Part shown: piece after piece, positions 55,701 to 63,656 of the stretch
Layout of the letters: the number at the start of each line of letters is the position of its first letter
Numbering within the stretch: the first letter of the stretch is position 1
DNA from: Brevinematales bacterium
GTDB taxonomy: Bacteria; Spirochaetota; Brevinematia; Brevinematales; GWF1-51-8
NCBI GenBank assembly: GCA_020059465.1
Contig: JAGVBZ010000003.1
Location: 89,698 to 153,697 of the forward strand
Direction of reading: 5' to 3'
DNA: 64,000 bases
Made by a program: the position numbers and the translations under genes
The notes under the pieces: generated by a model
Told to the model about the DNA's origin: nothing
Seen by the model: only the letters and a program-made list of their open reading frames with translations
Database searches by the model: none

Positions 55701-55920
55701 CATCGATATTCTTGATCTTGTCGCCGTCCATATCCATTTTAGCATCAAACATATTGTTGGGATTTAAACCATACTGCTTTTCCCAGTCATCAGGCATCCC
55801 GTCACCATCGGTGTCGGGTTTCCCGTCAACCATCGAAACTGGCTCGTCCGCTTCCTGAGCAAACACAGGAGCGAAACCCACCACACAAAGAGCTAGAAAT
55901 AAATACCAGACTTTGCGCAT
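52762..55920 (-). CDS. large outer-membrane protein: TSP3-like calcium-binding repeats, glucodextranase-C/SLH-like module and a C-terminal beta-barrel
   Basis: Signal peptide ...APVFAQEA. D-x-D-x-D-G repeats (DTDGDGMPDDWE, DMDGDKIKNIDEY, DKNKDGVADDW, DADGDGVSNKEEYEAGTNPKD). FLDPIGDDKGPGYYTYPTNP...IQHFQIYIDQD...GDPEIMDMLVWP. About 600 aa of aromatic/Gly-rich strands ending ...ALTELDISF. Start at MRKVWYLF, preceded by GGAGGG. Confidence 0.7.
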   Translation of the reverse strand: MRKVWYLFLALCVVGFAPVFAQEADEPVSMVDGKPDTDGDGMPDDWEKQYGLNPNNMFDAKMDMDGDKIKNIDEYKLKTNPTDKDVDKNKDGVADDWMKFYGLTDANADADGDGVSNKEEYEAGTNPKDANSSPKKVAKVSQKHPEPSMAGISENIDANLPDNHIIKPNVLKFLDPIGDDKGPGYYTYPTNPVYVPGGFDIVFFTVDASGSDNVIFQITINADVKQDWGMAADFDIQHFQIYIDQDKVPGSGYVKSIPGCNIYFDPANAWEKAVIITPQPDSRVQIEIDVKAKEMSADIIVPIKISAQGRTFTAVVKKSDLGIMSDTDISKWGWQLLAQSNEGYPDPEDILTRNVNEYRGLHRFGGGNDYWGDPEIMDMLVWPAKGTLQEAKDQFAILNVWESYPDPKMDVRAVIPLLYSGDTTQWAPSGGYSGFAKDLASKIKPPAQKDKYVSDNFTFSGSVNAQWYYNLDNTPYTPDHPNTFGGGGLNTTFKPETYYDNHIYSRFTLEFYGKAFTDLVNFYARISTWWGPDAQWDYWQGNYYRDNHGPQAVSVDFESFRFQFVNPIPTIDYISIGNYEFHLSAWTVGAASYPDRDKFKGLFIDGSSEEMNIVYNVSYFYPFPWLGLNWGLGNYTARDNVLCALFKIEPLTFLKTKVTGMLYSDWEMGKQDSDTKLYGIIRRLQNFACDADINLDFKMGDTALGIQLQGGMSGVIRGTNDVAGGILTEGGVGIPIGTSNINGVFAVATLKLKNIAGSGLNFLAQGFYIKDYYSMMASRGDYGNAARQDVLLMYGNQSASAYAQDDAKFQKWDYVMWESIADGQWKGLTGVIQGTFGLLSFQGEFSYWGFNNTNWNQLDGNITNGSIVVNPGSPTKKITNDTLGYGMRGYGFIGYKFNIGNGLDVKLSWLFNRTKNWWPMSATSHTHDGMSGVFNFNWGMIYTSHVPKLTAYYQFSKAFRVGLGFEYRMDNLFDLYPDAPYPNYNVTGYTLILDMQWSTPLGTLRSYIQGYIADNPRQLVWGGTHNYDFRVPLPYYGNKFDIVALTELDISF

Positions 55921-56107
55921 ACAACCCTCCATTTGGTTTTTAAATAATCATACACTATTTTTTATTTTTGTCAATACTTTTTTTTATTAATCCGCCTAAA
56001 AAGAGACCAACCCTGTACCATTATTATAACACGCTTTTATAGAATTTCAAATTTTTTCATGGTTAAGAAAAAACAGTTAAGAAAAAACATTAACAAGAAA
56101 TATTTAG

Positions 56108-57541
56108 TTATTTCATCCGTTGTATAAATATGGAATCCCATTTCCTGGCTACGAGTGTAATCTCCCCGAATAAGACATTTCCCTCAAAACATCCCCCCGC
56201 GTAGACCGCCCCATCCGGGGATACCGCGATACAACTGATATAATCCGCCTTTTTACCGCCGGCCTGCTTTACCCATTGCAGCTTCCCACTTTTATTGTAC
56301 ATCGCCGCAAATCCGTCGGGATAATCGCTTCCCGGCGCTTTCAACTTATTTCCGCCTATTACCATACTATCAAAAAACCGCCCGCCTATTACGGAATTAT
56401 CGTTCCCATCCAGCACAAGCGATTCGGAGTAATCCTCCTCATATCCCCCGGCATTTTCCACCCATACCAGCTTTGCCTCCGAATCGTATTTTGCGATAAA
56501 AATATCCTGCGGTATGATAAACTGGTTCTTCGCGGTAAGCGTGATTATTTTATCGCCGAATACCGCGATTTTCTGATTATTCACCTCAGGCCATCCTAAA
56601 CCATCCATAATTCCCGTAATCACAAACGCCCCGGAGGAATCGATTTTCATATCGCGGGGTTCGAACGCATATCCGATTATTTTTATCCAAAGAAATTTCC
56701 CGTCCGCATCATACTTTGCAATAAACGCTTCAATATTCGGTATTTTTTCATTTTTTGAGTACGAGGTCACCGATGTTTTATACACCTTCCCATTAAAACT
56801 ACCCCATCCGCCGACATTTCCGGCAATATAAAGCGAACCGTCTGTATCCACAGCGATCGCTTTCGATTTCACTTTCGTTAGAAACGAATTCCCTGAATTG
56901 ATTTGGGACACCCACAGAATCTTTCCGTCCGGGGAATACTTTGCAATAAAAATCCCGCCCCCGTCCTTACTTTTTAGTTTCTTCTCCCCAAAATCCACGA
57001 TCTTTCCTTCAAATGTCCCGATCGCAAATAGATTGCCTTGATTATCGACTGCAATTTTACTGATATGTGTGGTGATGCCGTCGGAAACAGGTTTTACCCA
57101 TTTCATTGAGCCATCCGTCCCATAACACCCGATAAACACGGACGTATCACCCGCTTCCTTTACTTGCTGGCCGCCGTCGAATTCCATGGAGCCAAAAAAC
57201 TGCCCGGCCACGAAAACATTTTCCTGCCCGACAGCAACACAGTTCCCCGAATCGATGCCTTTTCCGCCGCCGGTGCTCACCCAACGGATACTGCCGTCGG
57301 GAGAGAAACTGGCAATAAACATATCCGATTGAAAGTTTTTTTCGCTCTTACTTTCTATTGTTTTATTCTGATACTGTATATTTCCCTTAAACGAGCCGGC
57401 CGCATAAATATTTCCCGCGGAATCGGTATCCATCCATAAAACGCTTCCCCCGTCCATTTCCATAGTTAATGCCCATTCCAAACCGGATAATCCCGATACG
57501 GCGGCAAACAGAATAATTCCCGCGATCAACGATAATTTCAT
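56108..57541 (-). CDS. secreted beta-propeller repeat protein (SBBP-like)
   Basis: About 8 repeats of the pattern D..GN.Y..G.F.G...F......(S/K)...DIFIAKY..DG...W. Signal peptide. Start at MKLSLIAG, preceded by GGGGGA. Confidence 0.7.
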   Translation of the reverse strand: MKLSLIAGIILFAAVSGLSGLEWALTMEMDGGSVLWMDTDSAGNIYAAGSFKGNIQYQNKTIESKSEKNFQSDMFIASFSPDGSIRWVSTGGGKGIDSGNCVAVGQENVFVAGQFFGSMEFDGGQQVKEAGDTSVFIGCYGTDGSMKWVKPVSDGITTHISKIAVDNQGNLFAIGTFEGKIVDFGEKKLKSKDGGGIFIAKYSPDGKILWVSQINSGNSFLTKVKSKAIAVDTDGSLYIAGNVGGWGSFNGKVYKTSVTSYSKNEKIPNIEAFIAKYDADGKFLWIKIIGYAFEPRDMKIDSSGAFVITGIMDGLGWPEVNNQKIAVFGDKIITLTAKNQFIIPQDIFIAKYDSEAKLVWVENAGGYEEDYSESLVLDGNDNSVIGGRFFDSMVIGGNKLKAPGSDYPDGFAAMYNKSGKLQWVKQAGGKKADYISCIAVSPDGAVYAGGCFEGNVLFGEITLVARKWDSIFIQRMK

Positions 57542-57785
57542 GACTTCCCCCATTTATAATATATAGCGTATTCTTACATTTTTTTACAGAAAACTCAAGC
57601 GAATGTTATGGATTCGAAAAATATTCAATTATATCCTATCCTTATAAAAGACAAATTTCACTCATTTCTAAAAAATATTTGAAAATTGAAGTACTTGCGA
57701 TAAAAACCATTCCGTTCTTGCGGGAGCGCAATGATTGCAGTATAATCATAGGTATTTTAAAATGTTAATATCTATGGAGTAAATT

Positions 57786-58211
57786 ATGTCAGAGTTACTG
57801 GAATGCGCGATTGAGCTTGTCAACGATAAACTGGAGTTCAAGGCGACAGCAGGGGAAAATCCCCCGATCACTCTCGATTATATTCCCCCGCTCGGGGACG
57901 GGCATGGTTATATGCCGATGCAGCTTCTGCTGATCAGCCTCGTCTCGTGCAGCGGCTCTACAATCGTATCCATCCTGCGCAAGAAACGGAAGACAGTCGC
58001 CTCGTTTACCGCCCACGCCAAAGGATTCCGCCGCGAACAGCATCCGACATCCTTCCATAAGATCGAACTGTTCTTCGAGCTAGTTTCTCCCGACACTCAG
58101 GACGCAGATATGACGCGCGCGATCGAACTGTCCGAGGAAACATTTTGCCCGGTATGGGATAACCTAAAATGTAACTGCGAAATATTAACACAGTATTCGA
58201 TTTCATCATAG
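57786..58211 (+). CDS. OsmC/Ohr-family protein
   Basis: 141 aa. LLISLVSCSGSTIVSIL and ...ETFCPVW supply the two Cys positions typical of OsmC-like proteins. Confidence 0.7.
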   Translation: MSELLECAIELVNDKLEFKATAGENPPITLDYIPPLGDGHGYMPMQLLLISLVSCSGSTIVSILRKKRKTVASFTAHAKGFRREQHPTSFHKIELFFELVSPDTQDADMTRAIELSEETFCPVWDNLKCNCEILTQYSISS

Positions 58212-58346
58212 GCATTATTATAGAAGATAAAAACGAACAGGGGAGGTTTAAAGACTCGATTAAGCCTGCTTGACTGTCAGGAGGTAAAGCTGATAAACGA
58301 TTCGCCGGGAGCGCTATTTCGGCAGAGCATCTATGATTCCAGTGAA

Positions 58347-58712
58347 TTATACTACCGCGACCTGAAAATCGTCCTCGTAGATAATCTTTCCCGGATAATT
58401 GGTATAAACCACATCGTACGGAACTTCGTACTTATCGAGTAACCCCATTAGCGGCATCACCCTTTCCAGCATATGCGAGGTCGTGTTATTCTTGAAGTAG
58501 GTGATCGCTTTATCGGGATTACCGTCGTCATAGAACGGCGGATTCGGCAGGCATTCCTCAAACCACGCCTCGATATCTTTATATCTCTGAGTTTCTTCTT
58601 CCGATAACGCCCCCGCGTTCATCAGGTGGTATACCGCGACAAATATCCCGACCGGTTTCCCGGTTTTCCCGCTGTATCTCACCTGAACGCGCAGGTATTT
58701 CATTTCTTTCAA
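58347..58712 (-). CDS. hypothetical protein (121 aa)
   Basis: ORF immediately downstream of the YwbE-like gene (4-nt gap). No motif recognised. Confidence 0.5.
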   Translation of the reverse strand: MKEMKYLRVQVRYSGKTGKPVGIFVAVYHLMNAGALSEEETQRYKDIEAWFEECLPNPPFYDDGNPDKAITYFKNNTTSHMLERVMPLMGLLDKYEVPYDVVYTNYPGKIIYEDDFQVAVV

Positions 58713-58716
58713 TATA

Positions 58717-58911
58717 TTACTCCAGCACTTCTTTCACGCGCCCGACCGCGCCGGACTCCAACCGTACCTTGATCCCGCGGGAATGGTACGGCGAACTCGT
58801 CAGGATATCCTTGACATACCCCTCGGTCAGCGCTCCGCTGGCCTGGTCTTTCTTCAGTACGATATTTACATGCGCTCCGCGTATGATATCCGCGCGGCTT
58901 GTCCCGTCCAT
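58717..58911 (-). CDS. YwbE-family small protein (DUF2196)
   Basis: IVLKKDQASGALTEGYVKDILTSSPYHSRGIKVRLESGAVGRVKEVL matches my recollection of YwbE. Start trimmed to MDGTSRADI, preceded by GAGGAG. Confidence 0.65.
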   Translation of the reverse strand: MDGTSRADIIRGAHVNIVLKKDQASGALTEGYVKDILTSSPYHSRGIKVRLESGAVGRVKEVLE

Positions 58912-58952
58912 ATTCTTCTCCTCGATCATTCGGGTCCCGTTTATTGAAGTAT

Positions 58953-59594
58953 TTATTTTGTCTCGCGCGGTTCCGTTCCGAACACGTAGTCCCATAGTTT
59001 ACTGGTTACCCCGAAACGCCGGTCGGGAGTGGATGCATGATGCTTCATATGATGCGAGCGCACGCTTTCCAGATAACCGCCTTTGATCCTGAAATGATGG
59101 GTCGCGTAATGGGTGATGTCGTAAGCGAGGTAACCGAACGCCGTCCCCGCAAAGATGGGCTTGACCCAAAGCGGCAGACCGAACAGGATTGCGAACAGGA
59201 GAAAATAAAGCGAGTAAAAAATCACTCCCAACGGTATGCTGGCGGCGGGAGGCATCACCAGCCGGGTTTTTTCCATAGGCTGGGCATGGTGCACCCCGTG
59301 GAACAGGAAATTGATCCGTTTACCCGCCTCCGATCGGGGGTGATAATGGAATAAAAAGCGGTGCAATATATATTCCCAGAATGTCCAGAGAAAAACTCCG
59401 ATGAAAAACGCCGTAAATATGTGCCATTCAGGCGCGGCGGCGAAAGAAGATTCTATCGCCGATAATGTCAGGAATAACCCGACAATCGGCAGCCAGACTA
59501 CCGCGACGGCAACAGGCGAAATGTGAGTGAAAAACTCCATGACATCCGACTTGAATAAACGGATCGGTTCTTCTTTCTTGTTTATCGTCTCCAT
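58953..59594 (-). CDS. fatty acid hydroxylase / sterol desaturase superfamily membrane protein
   Basis: Histidine boxes HRFLFH, HGVHH, HYATHH and HHMKHH in a multi-TM protein. Confidence 0.75.
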   Translation of the reverse strand: METINKKEEPIRLFKSDVMEFFTHISPVAVAVVWLPIVGLFLTLSAIESSFAAAPEWHIFTAFFIGVFLWTFWEYILHRFLFHYHPRSEAGKRINFLFHGVHHAQPMEKTRLVMPPAASIPLGVIFYSLYFLLFAILFGLPLWVKPIFAGTAFGYLAYDITHYATHHFRIKGGYLESVRSHHMKHHASTPDRRFGVTSKLWDYVFGTEPRETK

Positions 59595-59684
59595 TTAATC
59601 CTTCCATCATTTAGTATTCGTTTATTCTACAGGCTTCCGGGTCTTCCTGCAACAATCCATCGGGTGAATTATTTTACCATCTGA

Positions 59685-60224
59685 TCAGTGCCTTAATTTT
59701 AGTTCGACATTTTCGCGCACCGCCGCTTGTTCCAGACGCTCCCTCAGCTTCTTTGCAGCCGCCTTTCGGTCTTCACCGGGGAGCATCCCCTCAAGTGCGG
59801 ATTCCAGCGACCGTATAGATAACAGCGTACACGCCAGACAGTAGAAACTTTTCGATCGCCCGTCATCGTATTTATCGAGCATTTCCTCAAGAAATGCGAT
59901 TCGTTTCGACTGCAAATCTGCGTAAGCCGATGCGCCGTTTTTTTGGATAAAGCGCAGAGTCTGCCATATATTGCGGTAAGTGTTAAAAGAATCGACTTCA
60001 CCGGTTATTTTATCGAATCTGACGCATGGGAATTCCGGGCATTCGCCGCAGGCTTCCAGTTCGTGTTTTTTAACACAGCACGTATGAAACCCGCAGGGCG
60101 GATGCTTCAGTTCGAAATCCACGCCGCCGCAGCCGGGACAGCGCGAATCACCCTCGGTATAATACCTCGGGCAGAGTCCGCAATCAAGGCCGCAGCATCC
60201 TATCTGCGAATATTTTTTTCTCAT
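59685..60224 (-). CDS. Cys-rich DUF3795-like protein
   Basis: N-terminal CCGLDCGLCPRYY...CPGCGG...CGFHTCC...CGECPEFPC cysteine pattern. Confidence 0.6.
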   Translation of the reverse strand: MRKKYSQIGCCGLDCGLCPRYYTEGDSRCPGCGGVDFELKHPPCGFHTCCVKKHELEACGECPEFPCVRFDKITGEVDSFNTYRNIWQTLRFIQKNGASAYADLQSKRIAFLEEMLDKYDDGRSKSFYCLACTLLSIRSLESALEGMLPGEDRKAAAKKLRERLEQAAVRENVELKLRH

Positions 60225-60271
60225 GTATTATATTAGCTGAATAGGTTTTATTTTTCAAATTTCCGCTATTC

Positions 60272-60302
60272 AAAAAAAATCCCCTCCGTGATGGAAGGGA
60301 TT
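60272..60302 (-). terminator. rho-independent terminator after tRNA-Leu
   Basis: Hairpin 60278-60302 (AAUCCCuUCC-aucac-GGAgGGGAUU on the minus strand) followed by U8. Confidence 0.7.
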
Positions 60303-60308
60303 TCCGTT

Positions 60309-60392
60309 TGCCCGGGACGGGACTTGAACCCACATGAGCTTAAGCTCACAAGATCCTGAATCTTGCGCGTCTACCAATTCCGCCACCCGGGC
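60309..60392 (-). tRNA. tRNA-Leu (anticodon CAG)
   Basis: The reverse complement GCCCGGGTGGCGGAATTGGTAGACGCGCAAGATTCAGGATCTTGTGAGCTTAAGCTCATGTGGGTTCAAGTCCCGTCCCGGGCA folds as a cloverleaf. Features: 7-bp acceptor stem, anticodon loop TTCAGGA, long variable arm, GTTCAAGTC T-loop. CCA is not encoded. Confidence 0.9.
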
Positions 60393-60603
60393 GTTATCCG
60401 TGACCAATATTGTACCCTATCCGGGCAATTTTATCAACTAATTTATGTTTATTTTCGGAGCGACGCACTTACCGGCCGAATTCATATCAATCTTCGCTTC
60501 GGGATAAATAAATACCCTTTCCATTTTGTATAAAATTAGACAGAACCGGAAAGGGTCATTATAATAAGCATCGTATCATATCGATTCTTTTCCGAGGTGT
60601 ATC

Positions 60604-60930
60604 ATGGATGACGCAAAAATCAAAGAAATTAAAACCGCCGAACTCGATGCGCAGAAAATTCTCGATGAAGCGAAAGTCGAATACTCGCGGATTCTTCATT
60701 CCGCTGGGGAGGAAGGCATAGTTCTCCTCGACACCGAAAAGAAAAAAGTAAAAGACGAGAGCCGCGCCCTGACCGACCGTTACCGGAAGGAAGGTGAGGC
60801 CGAAGCGAAGTCGGTGCTTTCCCAACTCGATCCGCAGAAGAAAGCCATCGACGATAAATCCGCCGCCGCAAAGACCCGCGCGGCAGAGTATCTTATCAAT
60901 CAATTGAAGGGTAAATATGGCAGTCGTTGA
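60604..60930 (+). CDS. V/A-type ATPase peripheral-stalk subunit (NtpF/G-like)
   Basis: 108-aa all-helical E/K/A-rich protein in first position of an F-I-K-E ordered operon. Overlaps the subunit I gene by 14 nt. Confidence 0.6.
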   Translation: MDDAKIKEIKTAELDAQKILDEAKVEYSRILHSAGEEGIVLLDTEKKKVKDESRALTDRYRKEGEAEAKSVLSQLDPQKKAIDDKSAAAKTRAAEYLINQLKGKYGSR

Positions 60931-63007
60931 GATGCGGAAGCTCTCGCTGACTGTCCACGACAGTTCACGCGGGAAGCTGATAACCGACCTGCAGAAATCG
61001 GGCTGTGTTCACCTTTCCCAGTCTGAAGAACCTCAGCCTGACGATGAAGCCGGAACCGGCTTAACTCCGATACCTGTCGATGTTGAGGATCTCGATTCTT
61101 TAATCGCCGAACTCGAGGATTCAATTCATTTTATTGAATCTCAAGTTCCGGCGCCGAAAAAAAGCTTTCTCACCCAGATTTCCGAACTCCCTCCATCGGT
61201 GACTTATCTCAAGATGGAAGAGGTTTATAAAAAATTCAATCTTACCATGAACCTTCGTGAAATAAAAACTATCGAGAAGAAGTTCAAAGACGCCCAGACA
61301 AAACTGAATGTGCTGCTGAAAGAGAAGGAAGACCTTCTACAGTGGAACGAGGCGGGCATCGATCTGGATGTTCTGAACGGGAAGAGCCAATTTGTCGAAG
61401 GGTTGACCGGGTATATTCCGAAAGCCCTCGAAGTTTCCATCATGGAAAGCATTATAAAAATTTCCCCCTATGTCGAGGTGTTCAAATCGTTCGAAACAAC
61501 GAGCGATACTTTCCTTTATATAGTGTTTCTTAAGTCAGAAAAGAGCGCGGTGATGGATGCGCTCCGAGACCTCGGATTTGCGCCGATGACTTTATCGTCG
61601 CGTACGGGCACTGTTACACAGGCGCTTGACGCTATCGACGATGAGATTGTGATCGTTTCCGGGAATATCGAGATCTATCGTTCTTTTATCATCGATTACT
61701 CCGATTATCTGGATAAATTCCGTATTATTTTCGATTACCTTCTCATCCGCAAGGAACGGCTTGACGCTGAACGCAAGGGCGTAAAAACTTCGGCAGTATC
61801 GTTTTATACCGGATGGTTCCCGATTAAACACGAGAAGGAAATCCGCGATACTCTCTCTCAATATGACGATATCGATTATATAATAGCGGCGCCGACCGAC
61901 GAGGACGCCGAGAATGTGCCGGTCATGCTGAATAATTCTCCGTTCGCGAAACCCTACGAGACCATCACGACTATGTACGGGCTTCCGCTCTACGGGAACA
62001 GTTTCGACCCCACCGCGCACCTGACGCCGTTTTACTTCGTCTTTTTCGGTATTTGTCTCGCAGATTTCTTCTATGGCCTCATATTACTGCTTTTGTTCGG
62101 GTTCCTCGCGATCAAATCGCGAAAGAATCCCGGAATGAGCCGTTTTATGTCGCTTCTCGCGCTGGGCGGTTTGTCCTCGATGATCTTCGGGGTGCTGTTA
62201 GGCTCCTTCTTCGGCGATCTTTTCACGGTCTATGTCCGCGTGGACTTTATCGCGGGTACGGGTCTCATCAATGCGATGAAATCGCCGATGCTCGTTCTCT
62301 ATTTCGCGCTGATCTTCGGCGCAGTGCACCTTCTCTACGGGATCACGCTCAAGTTCATTACCATGCTGAAAAAGAATGTTATAGAAGCAATATTTGAGAA
62401 GTTCTCATGGATAGTCTTTCTCAGCGGTTTTTTCGGATGGGCGGTATTCAGCTGGATGACCGACATGGTAAACCAGTCGATGATAAAAGCTGTCGTCGAG
62501 CCCGGCAACCTGATCACATCGGTGCCTACCCTGAACGCCCTCGGGATGAATATCATCTCCGGGCTGATGATTACCGGCGCAGTCATGATTATGGTCAACT
62601 CATTCCGCAAAGGTAAAAAGACTATTATGGGATTTATCGGCAGTCTGTTCGGGGGGATATACAGTCTATACGGCACGTCCGCGTTTGTCAGCGATATTCT
62701 TTCCTACGCCCGTCTCCTCGCGCTCGGACTTTCAGGAAGCATTATCGCCAACGTATTCAACCTGCTGTCGTTCATGCTGAGGGACAGTATCGGCGGAATA
62801 GCCGGGACGGTCGTTACGGTACTGTTTTTGATAGTCGGGCATGTTTTTAACCTGGTTTTAAGCTCGTTCGGCGCGTTTGTCCATTCCCTGCGTCTCCAGT
62901 TCGTGGAATTCTTTTCCAAGTTTCTGGAGAGCGGCGGAACACCCTACGAACCGTTACGCGAAGAGGGAGTTTATTACCGTGTTACTCCCGCAAATGAAGT
63001 AAAATAA
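60917..63007 (+). CDS. ntpI: V-type ATPase subunit I (a-subunit)
   Basis: 696 aa. Soluble N-terminal half plus a multi-TM C-terminal half with SYARLLALGLSG... (conserved Arg in LSYxRLxALGL). Confidence 0.85.
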   Translation: MAVVEMRKLSLTVHDSSRGKLITDLQKSGCVHLSQSEEPQPDDEAGTGLTPIPVDVEDLDSLIAELEDSIHFIESQVPAPKKSFLTQISELPPSVTYLKMEEVYKKFNLTMNLREIKTIEKKFKDAQTKLNVLLKEKEDLLQWNEAGIDLDVLNGKSQFVEGLTGYIPKALEVSIMESIIKISPYVEVFKSFETTSDTFLYIVFLKSEKSAVMDALRDLGFAPMTLSSRTGTVTQALDAIDDEIVIVSGNIEIYRSFIIDYSDYLDKFRIIFDYLLIRKERLDAERKGVKTSAVSFYTGWFPIKHEKEIRDTLSQYDDIDYIIAAPTDEDAENVPVMLNNSPFAKPYETITTMYGLPLYGNSFDPTAHLTPFYFVFFGICLADFFYGLILLLLFGFLAIKSRKNPGMSRFMSLLALGGLSSMIFGVLLGSFFGDLFTVYVRVDFIAGTGLINAMKSPMLVLYFALIFGAVHLLYGITLKFITMLKKNVIEAIFEKFSWIVFLSGFFGWAVFSWMTDMVNQSMIKAVVEPGNLITSVPTLNALGMNIISGLMITGAVMIMVNSFRKGKKTIMGFIGSLFGGIYSLYGTSAFVSDILSYARLLALGLSGSIIANVFNLLSFMLRDSIGGIAGTVVTVLFLIVGHVFNLVLSSFGAFVHSLRLQFVEFFSKFLESGGTPYEPLREEGVYYRVTPANEVK

Positions 63008-63030
63008 TAGAAATGCAGTTGGAGGATAAA

Positions 63031-63636
63031 ATGAGGAAATCACCGTTGTTTGCCGCGACAATAATCGCCGGATTTATATTGATGGCGCTCTCCGGAGTAC
63101 CGATGTACTCGCAGGAGACAAACGCCGCAGTCAATAATCAGCCCGCCGCGGCGGCAACCGCGCCTGCTACTACTGAAGGCGGTTTCACGATCGGTATGGC
63201 CCTCGCGATATTAGGCGCCGCATTGGCGGCCGCGGGCGGCGGTTTCGGTTCCAGTGTGGGTGTCGGTGTCGCCGGGGAAGTCGGTAACGGCGTTCTCAGC
63301 GAGGACGAGAAAAAGTTCGGTACGGTGCTCCTGCTTCAGGCGCTTCCCGCTACCCAGAGTATCTACGGCCTTCTTACCGCGTTCATCATTATGGGTAAGA
63401 TCAATCTCGGCATGTCATTCGAAAACGGTCTGTCCATCCTGTGCGCGGCGGTAGTCGTGATGGTCACCCAGTTAATATCGGGTATCTGGCAGGGTAAGGT
63501 CGCGGCGGCGTCCATGCAGTTGATCGCGCGCAAGCCCAAGCAGACCGGTCAGGCTATTATTCTCCCCGCCATGGTGGAAACATTCGCCGTGTTCGGTTTG
63601 CTGGTAGGAATCCTGCTCCTGAATAAGATAGTTTAA
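63031..63636 (+). CDS. ntpK: V-type ATPase proteolipid subunit K with N-terminal extension
   Basis: LLLQALPATQSIYGLL, ISGIWQGKVAAAS and ILPAMVETFAVFGLL are collinear with my recollection of Enterococcus hirae NtpK. Start at MRKSPLF, preceded by GGAGGA. Confidence 0.85.
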   Translation: MRKSPLFAATIIAGFILMALSGVPMYSQETNAAVNNQPAAAATAPATTEGGFTIGMALAILGAALAAAGGGFGSSVGVGVAGEVGNGVLSEDEKKFGTVLLLQALPATQSIYGLLTAFIIMGKINLGMSFENGLSILCAAVVVMVTQLISGIWQGKVAAASMQLIARKPKQTGQAIILPAMVETFAVFGLLVGILLLNKIV

Positions 63637-63656
63637 CGCCATCATAAGGAGTTATT

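Noticed and set aside
60559-60903. 114-aa minus-strand ORF upstream of the V-ATPase genes
   Set aside because: It is antisense to the plus-strand NtpF/G-like gene, which fits the conserved F-I-K-E operon order and overlaps the subunit I start.
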